A program made the position numbers and the translations under genes. From Candidatus Jorgensenbacteria bacterium (lineage in GTDB: Bacteria > Patescibacteriota > Minisyncoccia > UBA6257 > GWB1-50-10), in assembly GCA_030648515.1 (NCBI GenBank), contig JAUSHK010000005.1, positions 162,895 through 226,894 on the forward strand: DNA of 64,000 bases, in the 5' to 3' direction. The notes below the pieces were generated by a model. The model was given only the letters and a program-made list of their open reading frames with translations, ran no database searches and had not been told where the DNA came from. Within the stretch, counting starts at the first letter, position 1. Each line of letters opens with the position of its first letter. Positions 1-11,753 of the stretch are shown piece after piece.

Positions 1-704
1 AGTTCTTTTGTAACTTCCCGTACGAGGGTTTTTACATCAAGCGATGCGAGAATTTTCCGGATTGCGCCAGCGCCGCGGTCAGCTTCAAAAACATCGCCAA
101 AACGTTCCGCGAGCGTGAAGTATTCGGTTTCCGTGATGATGAGGCCTGGGCGCAATGCCGCGACAACCTCCTGCAATTTCTTCATTTTTTCCGCAAGCTC
201 CTCAACATTCGCGTCTTTCTCACTCCTCAATGATTTGAATTCCTTTGCAAGAGCGTCCAAGGCGCGTTTTCTGTTTTCCACATTCACCGATGTCACAATA
301 TATGCCGCGTAATAAATTACTTTTTCAAGTTTAGAAACCGAAAGGTCAAGCATGAGACCGAGTTTTGATGGGACCGTGCGGAGGAACCAAATATGCGCGA
401 CAGGAGTCGCGAGATTAATGTGCCCCATCCGTTCGCGGCGCACGATTGCGCGAGTAACTTCAACGCCGCACTTTTCGCACGTCACTCCCTTGTACCGAAC
501 TTTTTTATATTTTCCGCAGTAGCACTCATAATCTTTTGTCGGACCGAAAATGCGCTCGGAAAACAATCCATCTTTTTCTGGGCGCTGCGTGCGATAGTTC
601 AGTGTTTCAGCTTTTAAGACTTCGCCGTGCGACCACCCGATAATATCCTCTGGTGAGGCGAGTTTAATTGAAACGAATGCTGCTTTTTCTGTATTATTTT
701 CCAT
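1..704 (-). CDS. rpoC: RNA polymerase beta' subunit, N-terminal part (runs off window start)
   Basis: Manual translation from ATG 704: [67 protein letters not shown]; directly follows rpoB. Confidence 0.97.
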   Translation of the reverse strand, partial: MENNTEKAAFVSIKLASPEDIIGWSHGEVLKAETLNYRTQRPEKDGLFSERIFGPTKDYECYCGKYKKVRYKGVTCEKCGVEVTRAIVRRERMGHINLATPVAHIWFLRTVPSKLGLMLDLSVSKLEKVIYYAAYIVTSVNVENRKRALDALAKEFKSLRSEKDANVEELAEKMKKLQEVVAALRPGLIITETEYFTLAERFGDVFEADRGAGAIRKILASLDVKTLVREVTKE

Positions 705-708
705 ACAA

Positions 709-3700
709 TTATTTTTCTAAATCACTTAACCGGTCCTCAAGTTCGCCGTGATATTGGACATCAAGGCCGAGCGACTTTAATTCTGAAACGAGAACATTGA
801 AGGAAGCGGGGATGTTCGGCTTTTTAATATCATTCCCGCGGATAATCGCCTCAAACGCCGCGGAGCGCCCGAGAATATCATCCGATTTAATGGTGAGCAT
901 TTCCTGCAACGTGTGCGCGGCGCCGTATCCTTCAAGCGCCCACACTTCCATTTCGCCGAAACGCTGTCCGCCCAGCTGCGCCTTTCCACCCAACGGTTGC
1001 TGCGTAATCAGGGAGTACGGACCCGTTGACCGCATATGAAGCTTGTCTTCAACAAGATGGTTCAGTTTCATAACGTAGATGTACCCGACCATGACCGGCT
1101 CGCGGAACGGCTTTCCCGTCATACCATCAAGCACGGTGAGTTTTCCAGATTCAGGAAAACCTGCAGCAACAAGTTCTTCTTTAATATCCTCTTCGGTTGG
1201 TCCCACGAAGTTCGGGACGACGGCGCGATATTTTAATGCGTTTGCCGCAAGCCCCAAGTGCGTTTCAAGAACCTGACCGAGGTTCATACGAGAAGCGATA
1301 CCAAGCGGGTTTAAGACAACATCAACTGGAGTCCCGTCTTCAAGATATGGCATATCTTCAACAGGGCGGATTTGCGAAATAACACCTTTGTTTCCGTGGC
1401 GGCCAGCAAGTTTGTCGCCGGCGCGGATTTTCCGGAGCTGGGCAACTTCAACCTGAATCTTTTTAATAATGCCTGGCTCAAGCTTGTCGGCTTTGTCGCG
1501 CGAGAAAATTTTAATTCCGATTACCCGCCCCTGTTTGCCGTTCGGCATGGTGAGCGACGTATCTTTAATGTCGCGCGCTTTTTCACCGAAAATTGCGCGA
1601 AGTAAACGTTCCTCAGAACTTAATTCTGACTCGCCTTTTGGTGAAATTTTCCCGACGATAATGTCGCCTGTGCGAAGTTCCGCGCCTATGCGCACAATGC
1701 CTTCTTCATCAAGATTGCGAAGCTTGTCCTCTGAAACATTCGGAATGTCAGGTGTTGTGATTTCGGGGCCAAGTTTTGTTTCGCGCACCGAGCAGGTATA
1801 CGTTTCAATATGAATAGATGTAAAGAAATCTTCGCGCGCAACGCGTTCCGAAAGAACAATGGCGTCTTCAAAATTAGCGCCGCGCCACGGTAGAAACGCG
1901 ACGAGAAGATTCTGCCCCAAGGCAAGAACTCCTTTTTGCGTTGCCGGCCCGTCTGCAAGCACGGTTCCTTTTGAAACTTTATCTCCCACCGAAACAACCG
2001 GCCGCTGAGAAATGCACGTTGATTGATTGGAGCGCTGGAATTTGAGAAGCGGGAATTTTTTAGCTCCGCCCGCGGTTTTCACCGTAACACTGCGTCCGTC
2101 AACTTCAGACACGGAACCCGAAACATCTGAAATTACAACTTGCTGGGAATCGCGCGCAGCGATTTCTTCAAGCCCAGTGCCAACAAGCGGCGCCCGCGGA
2201 CGTATTGACGGAACTGCCTGACGTTGCATGTTCGCGCCCATCAGTGCCCTGTTTGCGTCGTCATGCTCAAGGAATGGAATCAAGGATGTCGCGACGCTGA
2301 TAATTTGGTCAGGGGAAACGTCAATCAAGTCAAGGTCTTCACGGGAACAAGTTCCCGGCGCTCCTTTTATGCGCGCAGGAATTACTGATTCTTCAATATG
2401 CCCTTTTTCATCAATTTTAATGTCCGATTGGGCGATGTTATATTCCTCTTCGGCAATCGCATCAAGCCAAACAGAGTCGGATGTAACCACGCCTTTCTTT
2501 ACTTTGAAATATGGCGTCTCAAGAAAACCCATATCGTTCACGCGGCTGAAGTTTGCGAGATAACTAACAAGACCAATGTTCGCGCCCTCAGGGGTCTGAA
2601 TCGGACAGATTCTTCCATAGTATGAAGGGTGCACATCGCGAACTTCAAAGCCGGCGCGCTCGCGGGTAAGACCTCCAGGTCCCATCGCGGAAAGGCGCCG
2701 TTTGTGCTCAAGCTCCGCAAGCGGATTCACCTGATCCATAAATTGCGAAAGCTGGGATGATGAGAAGAAATCGCGGACGACAGCCGTAAGAAGCTTGTAG
2801 TTTACAAGCTGAACCGGCTGGAGTGATATTCGTTCTAATGTTGACATACGGTCCTGCACGCCGCGGCGTAGACGGGCAAAACCGATGCGAAGGCGGGTTT
2901 GGACCAATTCGCCCACCGCACGAATTCGGCGGTTACCAAGGTGGTCAATGTCATCCGGCTCGGCAATCGGAGTATTATTCAAATGGATAATTTCCCGAAT
3001 GAGCGCGATAAGATCGTCTTTATTAAGCAATCCGTCTTTCTTTTCTTTTATCTCGAGGCGCTGGTTATATTTGTACCTTCCGACAGGACTCAGATCGTAT
3101 CGGTCAAAGCGCATGAACATCCCTTCGATGAGCGCCTTTGCATTTTCAACAGTTGTAAGGTCGCCTGGACGAAGACGGGCATGGACACCGAGAAACGACT
3201 CGTCTGCATTTTTTGCATCATCCTTCTTAAGCGTCGCTTGGATGTATTTCACTTCTCCGACATCAATATCCGCGAAAGCTTTTATAATATCTTCGTGCTC
3301 CGTAAGGCCGAACACGCGCAGAAGCTGTGTTATCGGGGCTTTGCGCTTTCGGTCAATTTTGACACCGATAAATCCGTCCGATTCTGTTTCTATTTCAAGC
3401 CATGCGCCACGGTTCGGAATTACTTTTGCGCCGAAAAGTTTTCTTCCGCGAAAAACGTTTGCGGTAAAGTAGGCGCCCGGCGAGCGCATCAACTGGGAAA
3501 TCACCACGCGCTCAACGCCGTTTACAATGAAGGTCCCGCGTTTCGTCATCATTGGGAAATCGCCGAGATAAACTTCCTGAGTTTTCGCCTGTTTTGTACG
3601 TTTATCGGTAAGGCGTAAATCTACGCGAAGCGCGGCCTCGTAGGTCTGGTCTTTTTCTTTTGTCTGTTCCTCGGTATACTTCGGCGGATCAAACTTATAA

Positions 3701-3885
3701 TCCATGAACGAGAGCTCCATTTCTTTGCCGGTATGGTCTTTAATCGGCGAAATTTCATCAAAAAGCTCTCGAAGCCCTTTCTTAATAAACCACTCGTAGG
3801 AAGCTCGCTGAATTTCAATCAGATCGAGACTTGGAAATTTCGGCCCTTTGTATGAAGAAAATATTTTTGGTTTAAACATTAACAT
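709..3885 (-). CDS. rpoB: RNA polymerase beta subunit
   Basis: [27 protein letters not shown] and [13 protein letters not shown] motifs; 1058 aa. Confidence 0.99.
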   Translation of the reverse strand: MLMFKPKIFSSYKGPKFPSLDLIEIQRASYEWFIKKGLRELFDEISPIKDHTGKEMELSFMDYKFDPPKYTEEQTKEKDQTYEAALRVDLRLTDKRTKQAKTQEVYLGDFPMMTKRGTFIVNGVERVVISQLMRSPGAYFTANVFRGRKLFGAKVIPNRGAWLEIETESDGFIGVKIDRKRKAPITQLLRVFGLTEHEDIIKAFADIDVGEVKYIQATLKKDDAKNADESFLGVHARLRPGDLTTVENAKALIEGMFMRFDRYDLSPVGRYKYNQRLEIKEKKDGLLNKDDLIALIREIIHLNNTPIAEPDDIDHLGNRRIRAVGELVQTRLRIGFARLRRGVQDRMSTLERISLQPVQLVNYKLLTAVVRDFFSSSQLSQFMDQVNPLAELEHKRRLSAMGPGGLTRERAGFEVRDVHPSYYGRICPIQTPEGANIGLVSYLANFSRVNDMGFLETPYFKVKKGVVTSDSVWLDAIAEEEYNIAQSDIKIDEKGHIEESVIPARIKGAPGTCSREDLDLIDVSPDQIISVATSLIPFLEHDDANRALMGANMQRQAVPSIRPRAPLVGTGLEEIAARDSQQVVISDVSGSVSEVDGRSVTVKTAGGAKKFPLLKFQRSNQSTCISQRPVVSVGDKVSKGTVLADGPATQKGVLALGQNLLVAFLPWRGANFEDAIVLSERVAREDFFTSIHIETYTCSVRETKLGPEITTPDIPNVSEDKLRNLDEEGIVRIGAELRTGDIIVGKISPKGESELSSEERLLRAIFGEKARDIKDTSLTMPNGKQGRVIGIKIFSRDKADKLEPGIIKKIQVEVAQLRKIRAGDKLAGRHGNKGVISQIRPVEDMPYLEDGTPVDVVLNPLGIASRMNLGQVLETHLGLAANALKYRAVVPNFVGPTEEDIKEELVAAGFPESGKLTVLDGMTGKPFREPVMVGYIYVMKLNHLVEDKLHMRSTGPYSLITQQPLGGKAQLGGQRFGEMEVWALEGYGAAHTLQEMLTIKSDDILGRSAAFEAIIRGNDIKKPNIPASFNVLVSELKSLGLDVQYHGELEDRLSDLEK

Positions 3886-3934
3886 AATTATGAATAAAGT
3901 TGCGCTGATTTAGTTAAAATATTCCTGGCGACGC

Positions 3935-4990
3935 TTACTGATACTTCGACCTATTTTCGTTGTGCCCGTCGAGTGTTTTTGAAAATACAGTTGTTCCGTC
4001 TTTTCCAGTTAAATAATACAAATAGGAAGTCGCCGCCGGATCAATCGCCGCGCGGATTGACGATTGGCCAGGATTTGCGATTGGGGTCGGCGTCCAGCCG
4101 AGACGCTGGTATGTGTTATAGAGCGAAGCAGACGCTAGATCGCCTTTTCCGATTTGGATGTTCTCACAATTTATAAACAGTCCTGAGCATTTTGCATAGC
4201 TTACTGTCGCATCAACCTGGAGTGGCATTTTTATCTTTAGTCGGTTAAAAAGAATGCCAGCTACAATCCGCCTGTCGTCAAAACTTTTTACTTCCCGTTC
4301 AAGATACGAAGCGAGTGTAAGCCGATTGTACCAATCATTCCGCCCATCAAGGAGCGGCCACGCTTTCGCTTTAAAATTATCAAAAAATACTCGGAGCACT
4401 TCTTCAGGCGTTGATTGCAGTTTGAAACGATATGTATCTGGAAAGAGCAGACCCTCCAACGAATTAGCCCCCGCGAGCGGAGGATAATCGATTAAAATCT
4501 TTTGCCATGGGGAAGTAAGAAGCGATGTTTCAAGAACGCCTGAGGCGCGGAGCGTAGTGTCAATATCCTTTGCAGTATACCCTTCCGGAATCGTAACCGT
4601 CACATCGTTTTTGCCACCCTCGGTTAAAACATCAACAATCTGCGGAATGCTCATTGAACGCGAAAGCGTATAAAGCCCGGGTTGGAATTTTTGAGCGCGG
4701 CCGGCGAGTAATGAATAAAATTTAAACACGGTGATTGATCGAATAAGGTTTTGTTGCGATAGGTCCGCCCCGATGCGGCGGAATGTTTCTCCTTTTGTAA
4801 TCTTAAATTGCATGGGAGCTGATGCTGGCGTTGATGTCGCTATCACTTCTCCTTTTACTGACGACATCCCGGCAACCGGCTGTAAACTATAAAAAAAATA
4901 TCCGAGGCAAAGTAGGAAAAATAAAACAAGCCCAAGCCAGCTCAGGAGGCGCATGCTTATCGTCCCTTTTTGTTCAAGCTGAGGATTCAA
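3935..4990 (-). CDS. mltG: Endolytic transglycosylase MltG (YceG family)
   Basis: N-terminal TM; IPEG, LEGLLFPDTY, LASYLERE, LQVDATV, PTPIANPG motifs. Confidence 0.93.
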   Translation of the reverse strand: MNPQLEQKGTISMRLLSWLGLVLFFLLCLGYFFYSLQPVAGMSSVKGEVIATSTPASAPMQFKITKGETFRRIGADLSQQNLIRSITVFKFYSLLAGRAQKFQPGLYTLSRSMSIPQIVDVLTEGGKNDVTVTIPEGYTAKDIDTTLRASGVLETSLLTSPWQKILIDYPPLAGANSLEGLLFPDTYRFKLQSTPEEVLRVFFDNFKAKAWPLLDGRNDWYNRLTLASYLEREVKSFDDRRIVAGILFNRLKIKMPLQVDATVSYAKCSGLFINCENIQIGKGDLASASLYNTYQRLGWTPTPIANPGQSSIRAAIDPAATSYLYYLTGKDGTTVFSKTLDGHNENRSKYQ

Positions 4991-6050
4991 GTCGTGTATG
5001 TTCTATGATACTCACGAGTATCGCCGTCGTCAAGAGGTTCGAACCGCCGTAGCTAAAAAAGGGAAATGTGACCCCCGCCACCGGCACTAGACCGAGATTT
5101 GAGCCTATATTGACGAAAAAATGGACTAGGAAGTACAGAGCGGCACCAAACGAGATTAGTTTAAAATAGTTATCGCGCGCTCCGATTCCAATATGAACTA
5201 TCCTATAGATGATGAAAAGAAAAGTCAAGAGCACCACAACTCCCCCAAGAATGCCCCACTCCTCTACAAAAGCGGCGAAGAGAAAGTCGGTCTGTGCCTC
5301 AGGAAGAAACCGCAGTTGCGTCTGTGTGCCGCTGCCAAATCCTTTTCCAAAAAGTCCCGCTGATCCTATAGCAATCTTTGCCTGAATAACATTGTAGTTC
5401 GCGCCAAGTGGGTCCGCCTGCGGGAAGATAAATCCCGTTATGCGTTCTTTTTGGTACGGCTTCATAAATGACGTCCAGAAAACTGCCACAAGAAGCGCTG
5501 CGAGAAGTACGCCGATTGAAAACCGTTTTATATTTATTCCCGAAACGAGAAGGAAACCGAGCCAGAGGCAAAAGATAATAAACGCGGCGCCGATATCTGG
5601 TTGGGTAATAATGAGCGCGGCGGGCACCGCAAAGTATACTAGTGAAATGAAAATATTCTTGCTTTGCCACGCATCAACATGTCGGCGGGAAAAGAAATGG
5701 GCAAAAATAAAAATGAGCGCGAGTTTTACAAGTTCCCCCGGCTCGTATTGCATCCCACCGAACGAGATCCAGCTTTTTGTCCCGCGAATTGCGCCAGGCA
5801 TAAGATGAGACACAACGAGAAGCGCAATAGCAAACCCGTAGAGCCCATAACGAAACCACGCTTGGCTCCCCAACCACCGCCAGTCAATATAACTGCCTCC
5901 TAAAATGATTGCGAATGCAATTACGTACCACAAAGACTGGCGCATAAAAAGCGTGTTGTTTGAACTTGCAAGCGAAAGTAGGCTAGCCGTCGCGAGGACT
6001 GCGAGCGCTCCGACTAGCATCCAATCAAAATGCCGAAGCCGTAACGTCAT
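4974..6050 (-). CDS. rodA: SEDS family peptidoglycan polymerase RodA/FtsW
   Basis: Multi-TM; QPDIG, AIGSAGLFGKG, LPEAQTDF, PFFSYGGS motifs. Confidence 0.9.
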   Translation of the reverse strand: MTLRLRHFDWMLVGALAVLATASLLSLASSNNTLFMRQSLWYVIAFAIILGGSYIDWRWLGSQAWFRYGLYGFAIALLVVSHLMPGAIRGTKSWISFGGMQYEPGELVKLALIFIFAHFFSRRHVDAWQSKNIFISLVYFAVPAALIITQPDIGAAFIIFCLWLGFLLVSGINIKRFSIGVLLAALLVAVFWTSFMKPYQKERITGFIFPQADPLGANYNVIQAKIAIGSAGLFGKGFGSGTQTQLRFLPEAQTDFLFAAFVEEWGILGGVVVLLTFLFIIYRIVHIGIGARDNYFKLISFGAALYFLVHFFVNIGSNLGLVPVAGVTFPFFSYGGSNLLTTAILVSIIEHTRLESSA

Positions 6051-6775
6051 TCTTCGTAAACAAATACCTGCGTTGAAGTGGCGTCAGCCTCTTTTAGAAT
6101 TCCTGAATCGCGCGGAAAGAGAATTACGAATGTCCGTTCTTCAAACGGCGCAAGATTGCCAATGATAGTTTTGGACGCAAAGACATCGTCGCCAAAAGCA
6201 TTTCTCAAAATCGCAACAAGTTTTGTAGTTCCTGCCGCAAGCGAGCTTTCGTTCCGAATATAACCAGTTACTTTTATAGCGTCGTTTTCCACAATTGTCA
6301 TGGGTTCGCGCGAAAGCGTAATGTTAGGCAAGATAACGTCTTTCGCCGCTTCCGTGGTTATATTTGAGAAAGAAACGGCAACGCGCGAAATATCTGAAAC
6401 AAGCGTCGTTATTCCGTTGTCCACAATATATTCTTTTTGTGAAGCAAGAACCCTGCCGTTTCCGGAAACGGATTCAATAACGTACCCCGACACGCCGTAC
6501 ACTGAAAGCGCGTATGAAAAATGTTTGTGATAATCAGCGCTTGGATTTGCAACTTCAAAAAGAACAACGGCTTTTCCTGACTGCATTCCTAAAACTTCCG
6601 GCCCGCGGGAAACACGGAGCGCGTCTGCATTTGATGCGGCGGGCAGACGGACTGTCACGGCCGGATTAGCGGCCGGCGAAGGAGCAAGCACAATTTTATA
6701 TGCAACCGAGACGACGAAAAAAAGTATTACGAGATATAACAACCCATAGAGGATTTGCTTCGATAAACGAGACAT
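6047..6775 (-). CDS. Membrane-anchored hypothetical protein, two Ig-like/FxLYD-like beta domains possible
   Basis: N-terminal TM, beta-rich body; TATTAT 6 nt upstream of ATG 6775. Confidence 0.6.
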   Translation of the reverse strand: MSRLSKQILYGLLYLVILFFVVSVAYKIVLAPSPAANPAVTVRLPAASNADALRVSRGPEVLGMQSGKAVVLFEVANPSADYHKHFSYALSVYGVSGYVIESVSGNGRVLASQKEYIVDNGITTLVSDISRVAVSFSNITTEAAKDVILPNITLSREPMTIVENDAIKVTGYIRNESSLAAGTTKLVAILRNAFGDDVFASKTIIGNLAPFEERTFVILFPRDSGILKEADATSTQVFVYEE

Positions 6776-6817
6776 ATGCATATAATAGAGCAGTAAACAG
6801 CTCTAGGAAAGGCGTGT

Positions 6818-7552
6818 CTAAACTTTGAAATTCTGAACAATCGTCTTAAACTCCTCCGCCCTAAGACTTGCGCCGCCGACTAAGACTCCATCAATCCCGC
6901 CGCATTTCGCAATTGCGTGGGCGCTTCCACCTGACACTGACCCGCCATACAGCACATCAGGAACATTCTGCGCGCCGAATGTTTTTCTAAACCATTCTTT
7001 TATAAACATCGCCATTGTTTCAATATCATTCGGGGTCGCGGTGTCGCCTGTCCCAATTGCCCAAATCGGCTCATAGGCGACAATGATTGACTTTGCGTGG
7101 CGCGGGACCGCGACGGACTCAAGCCCGCGCTGGAGCTCATGCCTTATAAATTCTTCCGCATGGCGGATTCCCTTTTTCCGAACGTCTTTGTTTTCCCCAA
7201 CGCAAAAAATTACCGAGAGCTTCGCAGTGAGCGCCGCATGTATTTTTTTGTTTACCGTCTCGTCCGTTTCATGAAAATAATTTCTCCGTTCCGAGTGGCC
7301 GACGATAACGAATTTTACACCGAGTTTTACAAGCATCATTGGCGACACTTCGCCGGTGTAGGCGCCGGAGTCAGTCCAAAACACATCTTGCGCTCCAAGT
7401 TTCGCGTGTTTCAAAACATCTTTCACGCGCGAAAGAAATGGAAACGGCGGAACAATAACTACTTTTTTCATATCCGTGCCGCGGGCAAGTTCAGCCGCTT
7501 CCTCAATAGACATCGGATTCATTTTCCAGTTAGCAACGATTATTTTATTCAT
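6818..7552 (-). CDS. tpiA: Triosephosphate isomerase
   Basis: ANWKMN, GHSERR, AYEPIWAIGTG, LYGGSV, LVGGASL motifs. Confidence 0.98.
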   Translation of the reverse strand: MNKIIVANWKMNPMSIEEAAELARGTDMKKVVIVPPFPFLSRVKDVLKHAKLGAQDVFWTDSGAYTGEVSPMMLVKLGVKFVIVGHSERRNYFHETDETVNKKIHAALTAKLSVIFCVGENKDVRKKGIRHAEEFIRHELQRGLESVAVPRHAKSIIVAYEPIWAIGTGDTATPNDIETMAMFIKEWFRKTFGAQNVPDVLYGGSVSGGSAHAIAKCGGIDGVLVGGASLRAEEFKTIVQNFKV

Positions 7553-7566
7553 AATTTGTTTATATT

Positions 7567-9921
7567 TTAACTCTTAAGCCTCTGATATGCTTCCGCTTCA
7601 ACATCTTCGCGCGGGCGGCCATATGCCATACGAGACATTTCGCGCGCGGCTTCCGCCGCTTTCGCGACTCCCTTGGGCGGAAACGGTACGAACATGGTGA
7701 ATGGGGCGGTAACCTCGTTTGCAATGATTAATTTTACATGGGCGTTCAAATTATCGATGTTCACTAAGTTGTGCTCGTCAAAAACCGGCGCAAATTGCTG
7801 TTTCAAAAATTCCGCGTCCTGCGCTCCAACCCGAAAAGCAACGATGGAGCCAACGTTTCCAAAAATAGCGTTCCGGATGTTCTCTTTGAGTTGGGCAATG
7901 AATTGGTGCGCGACCGTGAGGCATAGACGATATTTCCGAGCTTCGGAGAGAATTGTTGAAATACTCGGCGTTGTAAAACTCTGAAACTCGTCAATGTAGA
8001 GGTAAAAATCTTTACGGGATTCCATTGGAATATCCGTGCGCGAAAACGCCGCGAGCGTGAGCTTGCCGACAATAATCATTCCAAGAAGCCCCGCGTTCAG
8101 CTCGCCAATCTTGCCTTTTGAAAGGTTCACGAGAAGGATTTTCTGCTCGTCCATAATTTTCCGAAAGTTAATCGTGCTCTTTGATTGCGAGATGACTGGA
8201 CGGACATAGTCGTTGCCGATAAACGTGTTGAACTTTGAAGTAATGTACGGAACTAGATTTGCAAGCGAAGCTTCTCCTCCGGCTTTCTCCGCCTCTTTTT
8301 CCCAAAAATCTTTTGCAATAGGATTTTTGCATTTTTCAAGTAATCGTTTCCGGAACACCGAATCAGCGAGCACGCGCGGGACATCAAGAATCGTGAATCC
8401 GTCCGAGGGGTCGTCCATAAGCAGAAGAAGCGTGAAGCGAAGGTATTGTTCAAAAATCGGGCCGCCGGTTGTTTTTAAATCGTAGAGCGTGTCAAAGATG
8501 TTCAGCATTTCATTCACAATAAACGTCTTGTGCTCCGGAAACGCGGGGTCGTATTCAAGCATATTGAGTCCGATGGGACGCGCAAGATCTGACGGGTCAA
8601 AAATAATAACGTCCTTTGCGCGGTGTTCGGGAACGCGAGCAAGAACGTCTTCAAAAAGATCTCCATTAGGATCAATCACGCAAACCCCCTCGCCATTTTC
8701 AATATCCTGCCCTGAGAGATTATTTAAAAACACGGATTTTCCGGTGCCGGTCTGACCGATTGCATATAAGTGACGCCGCCTGTCTTCGTGAAGCATCCGC
8801 ACCTTGTGCGCCTGATTGCGAAACCTGTTTTCCCCAAGAACGACGCCTTCTTCTGGCAAATTCGGCGGCGGGGGCACTTCTCTGAACTTCAGATGTTTAA
8901 TTTTTGGAATTGAAGTGAACGGCGTCGGAAAATGAAATATGCTCGCAAGCTCCTCGCTATTTAATGTCATCGCGTCAGCGGCGTTAAATTCGCGAAACGA
9001 GTATTGTCGCACGATATCGCGGGTCTTTTTTGCTTCAACAACTTTAAGCTCGTTCCGTTCCGGCGCACTGAACTGCGAAAATCCTGCAGCGAGTCCTTCA
9101 AGAATGAGGTGCGCCTGATATTCGCTTGGCGCGGATGCAAGCACGCGCACATTCACTTCAAAGAACGGCTTTATAAGCTTTGCTTCAAGTGCTTTTACAA
9201 TCGCTTCTTCAACAATCGGCGGCTCTTTTCTTTCTTCTTTTTTCTCGGGGCTTATCGTCTTTGAAATTTCGTCAAATGTTTTTAATACCGATGATTTTGT
9301 AATTTCTTTAAACTTTTTTCCTTTCCGCATTTCACTTAAGATGCGTCGTACTTCTTTTACAGAAGACGCTTTGGCTGGCCGCGCAATTATTTGAAGCGCT
9401 CCGCCTTCGCCAACTTCGCTTATTTTTGAAAAGCCTCCAAGCATCGGGAGAAAGGTATCGGAATTTGCCTCATTATAGGTGCGAAGCGGGATGCCGAAGA
9501 AATTTTTTTGAACCACCTTAGCAGCGGCAACAGCTCCGGAGTAATTGAAAATATTATAATCTTCGGACGGGCGGACATCCGCCTCTTCCCATAATGCCTG
9601 GATTTGCCGCACAAATGCATCGCTTATTCCTTCCTCAATTGCCGCATAAAAATGAATTTCTTCGCCGACATACGGAACCGCAACCTCAAACGTAAACGGC
9701 TTCCGAAAAGCAGAGAGCGCTCCGAGAAGCTGTTCTGAGCGGGCGATTTCCTGCTTTAATTCTTTTCCTTCTGTTTTTTCCCTCGGAAGCCTGATTAAAA
9801 ACAACTTCAACCCAAGCTGTTCAAAAAGCCGCTTTTTAAACGCGCGGCGGGAGATAAAATACACAACAATGCCGACAAGGACCGCTGAAAAAATTACAAG
9901 GAAGATAAAAAGGAGTGGCAT
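7567..9921 (-). CDS. VirD4/TraD/HerA-like coupling ATPase with N-terminal TM
   Basis: Walker A GQTGTGKS, Walker B YIDEFQ, SEARKYR, AHQ motifs. Confidence 0.85.
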   Translation of the reverse strand: MPLLFIFLVIFSAVLVGIVVYFISRRAFKKRLFEQLGLKLFLIRLPREKTEGKELKQEIARSEQLLGALSAFRKPFTFEVAVPYVGEEIHFYAAIEEGISDAFVRQIQALWEEADVRPSEDYNIFNYSGAVAAAKVVQKNFFGIPLRTYNEANSDTFLPMLGGFSKISEVGEGGALQIIARPAKASSVKEVRRILSEMRKGKKFKEITKSSVLKTFDEISKTISPEKKEERKEPPIVEEAIVKALEAKLIKPFFEVNVRVLASAPSEYQAHLILEGLAAGFSQFSAPERNELKVVEAKKTRDIVRQYSFREFNAADAMTLNSEELASIFHFPTPFTSIPKIKHLKFREVPPPPNLPEEGVVLGENRFRNQAHKVRMLHEDRRRHLYAIGQTGTGKSVFLNNLSGQDIENGEGVCVIDPNGDLFEDVLARVPEHRAKDVIIFDPSDLARPIGLNMLEYDPAFPEHKTFIVNEMLNIFDTLYDLKTTGGPIFEQYLRFTLLLLMDDPSDGFTILDVPRVLADSVFRKRLLEKCKNPIAKDFWEKEAEKAGGEASLANLVPYITSKFNTFIGNDYVRPVISQSKSTINFRKIMDEQKILLVNLSKGKIGELNAGLLGMIIVGKLTLAAFSRTDIPMESRKDFYLYIDEFQSFTTPSISTILSEARKYRLCLTVAHQFIAQLKENIRNAIFGNVGSIVAFRVGAQDAEFLKQQFAPVFDEHNLVNIDNLNAHVKLIIANEVTAPFTMFVPFPPKGVAKAAEAAREMSRMAYGRPREDVEAEAYQRLKS

Positions 9922-9926
9922 AGGGC

Positions 9927-10322
9927 TTACTTCATCATTCCCCTTTTCTTTAATTCGGGAATAATGTGGTCAATGAGAGCGTCGTGAAACGCATCAAGAA
10001 CGAACGCTGGCCGTTTCACCGCCTCGGACTCCGCCTCAATGATTCCTTTCTGAAACGCGACTGAGATGAGGTGATTTACTTCTTCTTGCGCGGCAACATC
10101 TGATTTTTTTGCCGCCAGGTATGAGGGAAGATTCCCTGTTCCTACCGGGACATTATTTTGAGTCCCCTCCTCTTGCGGACGCGACACCGACTCAACCGCC
10201 CGTCTTATAATTTCCCGTTCCTCTAGACCGCGCGCTTCTGGATTTTCTTTTTGCCGTTCAACTTCGGCCCCTATTTCTCCAAGATGCTTTTCAAACGCTT
10301 CGTTAAAATTTATTTCAGCCAT
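9927..10322 (-). CDS. Hypothetical protein upstream of the ATPase
   Basis: ORF; TATAAT 6 nt before ATG 10322; C-terminal LDAFHDAL. Confidence 0.7.
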   Translation of the reverse strand: MAEINFNEAFEKHLGEIGAEVERQKENPEARGLEEREIIRRAVESVSRPQEEGTQNNVPVGTGNLPSYLAAKKSDVAAQEEVNHLISVAFQKGIIEAESEAVKRPAFVLDAFHDALIDHIIPELKKRGMMK

Positions 10323-10445
10323 GGAATTATTATAGAACAACGGCGTTGAAATGACTAATAAAATTCGAATGGCTCAATGTTCAATCTACCAGCTGGCGGA
10401 CCGAGGGATTACTAGAAGTTAAAAATTGCGTTTTTCTAAAAACGT

Positions 10446-11753
10446 TTAGATTCCCCACAAACGAAACGAGCCGGAACTGCTTGTAGCATTTACATTGGAC
10501 GAGCTTGAGTAGTACTTGCTTGAGCCGGTGTAGAAACCGCTCGCATCAAGTCCGCTGGACCAATCCGTTTGCTGAAACGTCGCGTTTTTCCAGCGGGTTA
10601 CGAAACTCGCTAGCGCCGCTTGAAGCGTTGACGCTCCGTTATTCCATTCCACAGTTGCAGTTACTTTTTGTGTTGATGGATCATCGCTTGATCCGCCGGC
10701 GCACGGCGATACGCCGCTTATCGTACTTGATGAATCTGCTGTCCTGCACACATTTTCTACAGAAAACCACCGCGTGAAAATCCTATTGTTATAAAGGCGT
10801 TTTACATCATCTGCCGAGAAAGCGAGGTTATAGATACGGACGTCGTCAATGTAGCCGTTCCAATAAAAACCACTACTATGCCTGCCGATGTAGAGAGTGT
10901 CACTGTTACTTAACGAGCCGCTCTTTGCTGCTATGGTATTTATTAAATCCCCATCTACATACAACGCGGTGCCATTTGTCCTGTCGGCAGAAATGGCAAT
11001 GTTGTACCATATTCCAGTGCTTATTGCGCTACTTGTTGCGAGCGATGAATTCCCACTGCTTACTTCATATCCACCTTGAAATACGTTTGATGGACTAATG
11101 CATAATTGGTAGTTCGGGTATGCAGCCGCATTTTTTGTGATTATACAGTGGTATGCGCCGTCCAAGGCATTTGTATTTACCCATGCCGTTATTGTGAAAT
11201 CCCCGGTTGTGATGTTATTAGTGTTTTCCGCAGTTACATAGGCGTCTACGCCGTTAAAACTCAGACAGTTGCCGATCTTACACGTTGATGATGCCCGCGT
11301 TGGACTGTTCGTGAGAGTCCCATTATTGTTATTTCCCGTCGCGTCATACGTTGTTGTACTCGTTGAGGTGACATCCTCGTCAAATTTCCATTCGCCGACA
11401 AGCCCGTTTGTAACATCATTATCTAAAATGCCTTCTTTCCCCTGAACAACGAAAAGCCTAGAACTTGACGCATTCAAGTAATACTGCGTACTCGTTCCCT
11501 TTGTGAGTCCATATAAGTTTTGCCAACTCTCTCCGCTCCATGCGTTTACTTTATCAATAAGTTCCTGCCCTATGGTTGAAGCGGACTGATTCCGTTCAAT
11601 GCCGACGTTCGAACGCAAAACACTCGAAATCGCTATCGTCGCCCCGCCGATAATAATCGCTCCGACTGACAAACCAATAAGCACTTCAACGAGGGACTGG
11701 CCGACTCGATTAGTTAGTAGTGAGTAGTGAGTAGTGAGTAGTTTTTTAGACAT
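10446..11753 (-). CDS. Pilin-like protein with prepilin cleavage site and inserted LamG/ConA-like domain
   Basis: GQSLVEVLIG class III signal; LVGEWKFDE...GYIDDVRIYN LamG signature; start placed at ATG 11753. Confidence 0.85.
   Translation of the reverse strand: MSKKLLTTHYSLLTNRVGQSLVEVLIGLSVGAIIIGGATIAISSVLRSNVGIERNQSASTIGQELIDKVNAWSGESWQNLYGLTKGTSTQYYLNASSSRLFVVQGKEGILDNDVTNGLVGEWKFDEDVTSTSTTTYDATGNNNNGTLTNSPTRASSTCKIGNCLSFNGVDAYVTAENTNNITTGDFTITAWVNTNALDGAYHCIITKNAAAYPNYQLCISPSNVFQGGYEVSSGNSSLATSSAISTGIWYNIAISADRTNGTALYVDGDLINTIAAKSGSLSNSDTLYIGRHSSGFYWNGYIDDVRIYNLAFSADDVKRLYNNRIFTRWFSVENVCRTADSSSTISGVSPCAGGSSDDPSTQKVTATVEWNNGASTLQAALASFVTRWKNATFQQTDWSSGLDASGFYTGSSKYYSSSSNVNATSSSGSFRLWGI

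Noticed and set aside
7567-9921. Conjugative element suggested by the VirD4-like ATPase
   Set aside because: No relaxase, VirB genes or integrase nearby; the gene is embedded among housekeeping genes.
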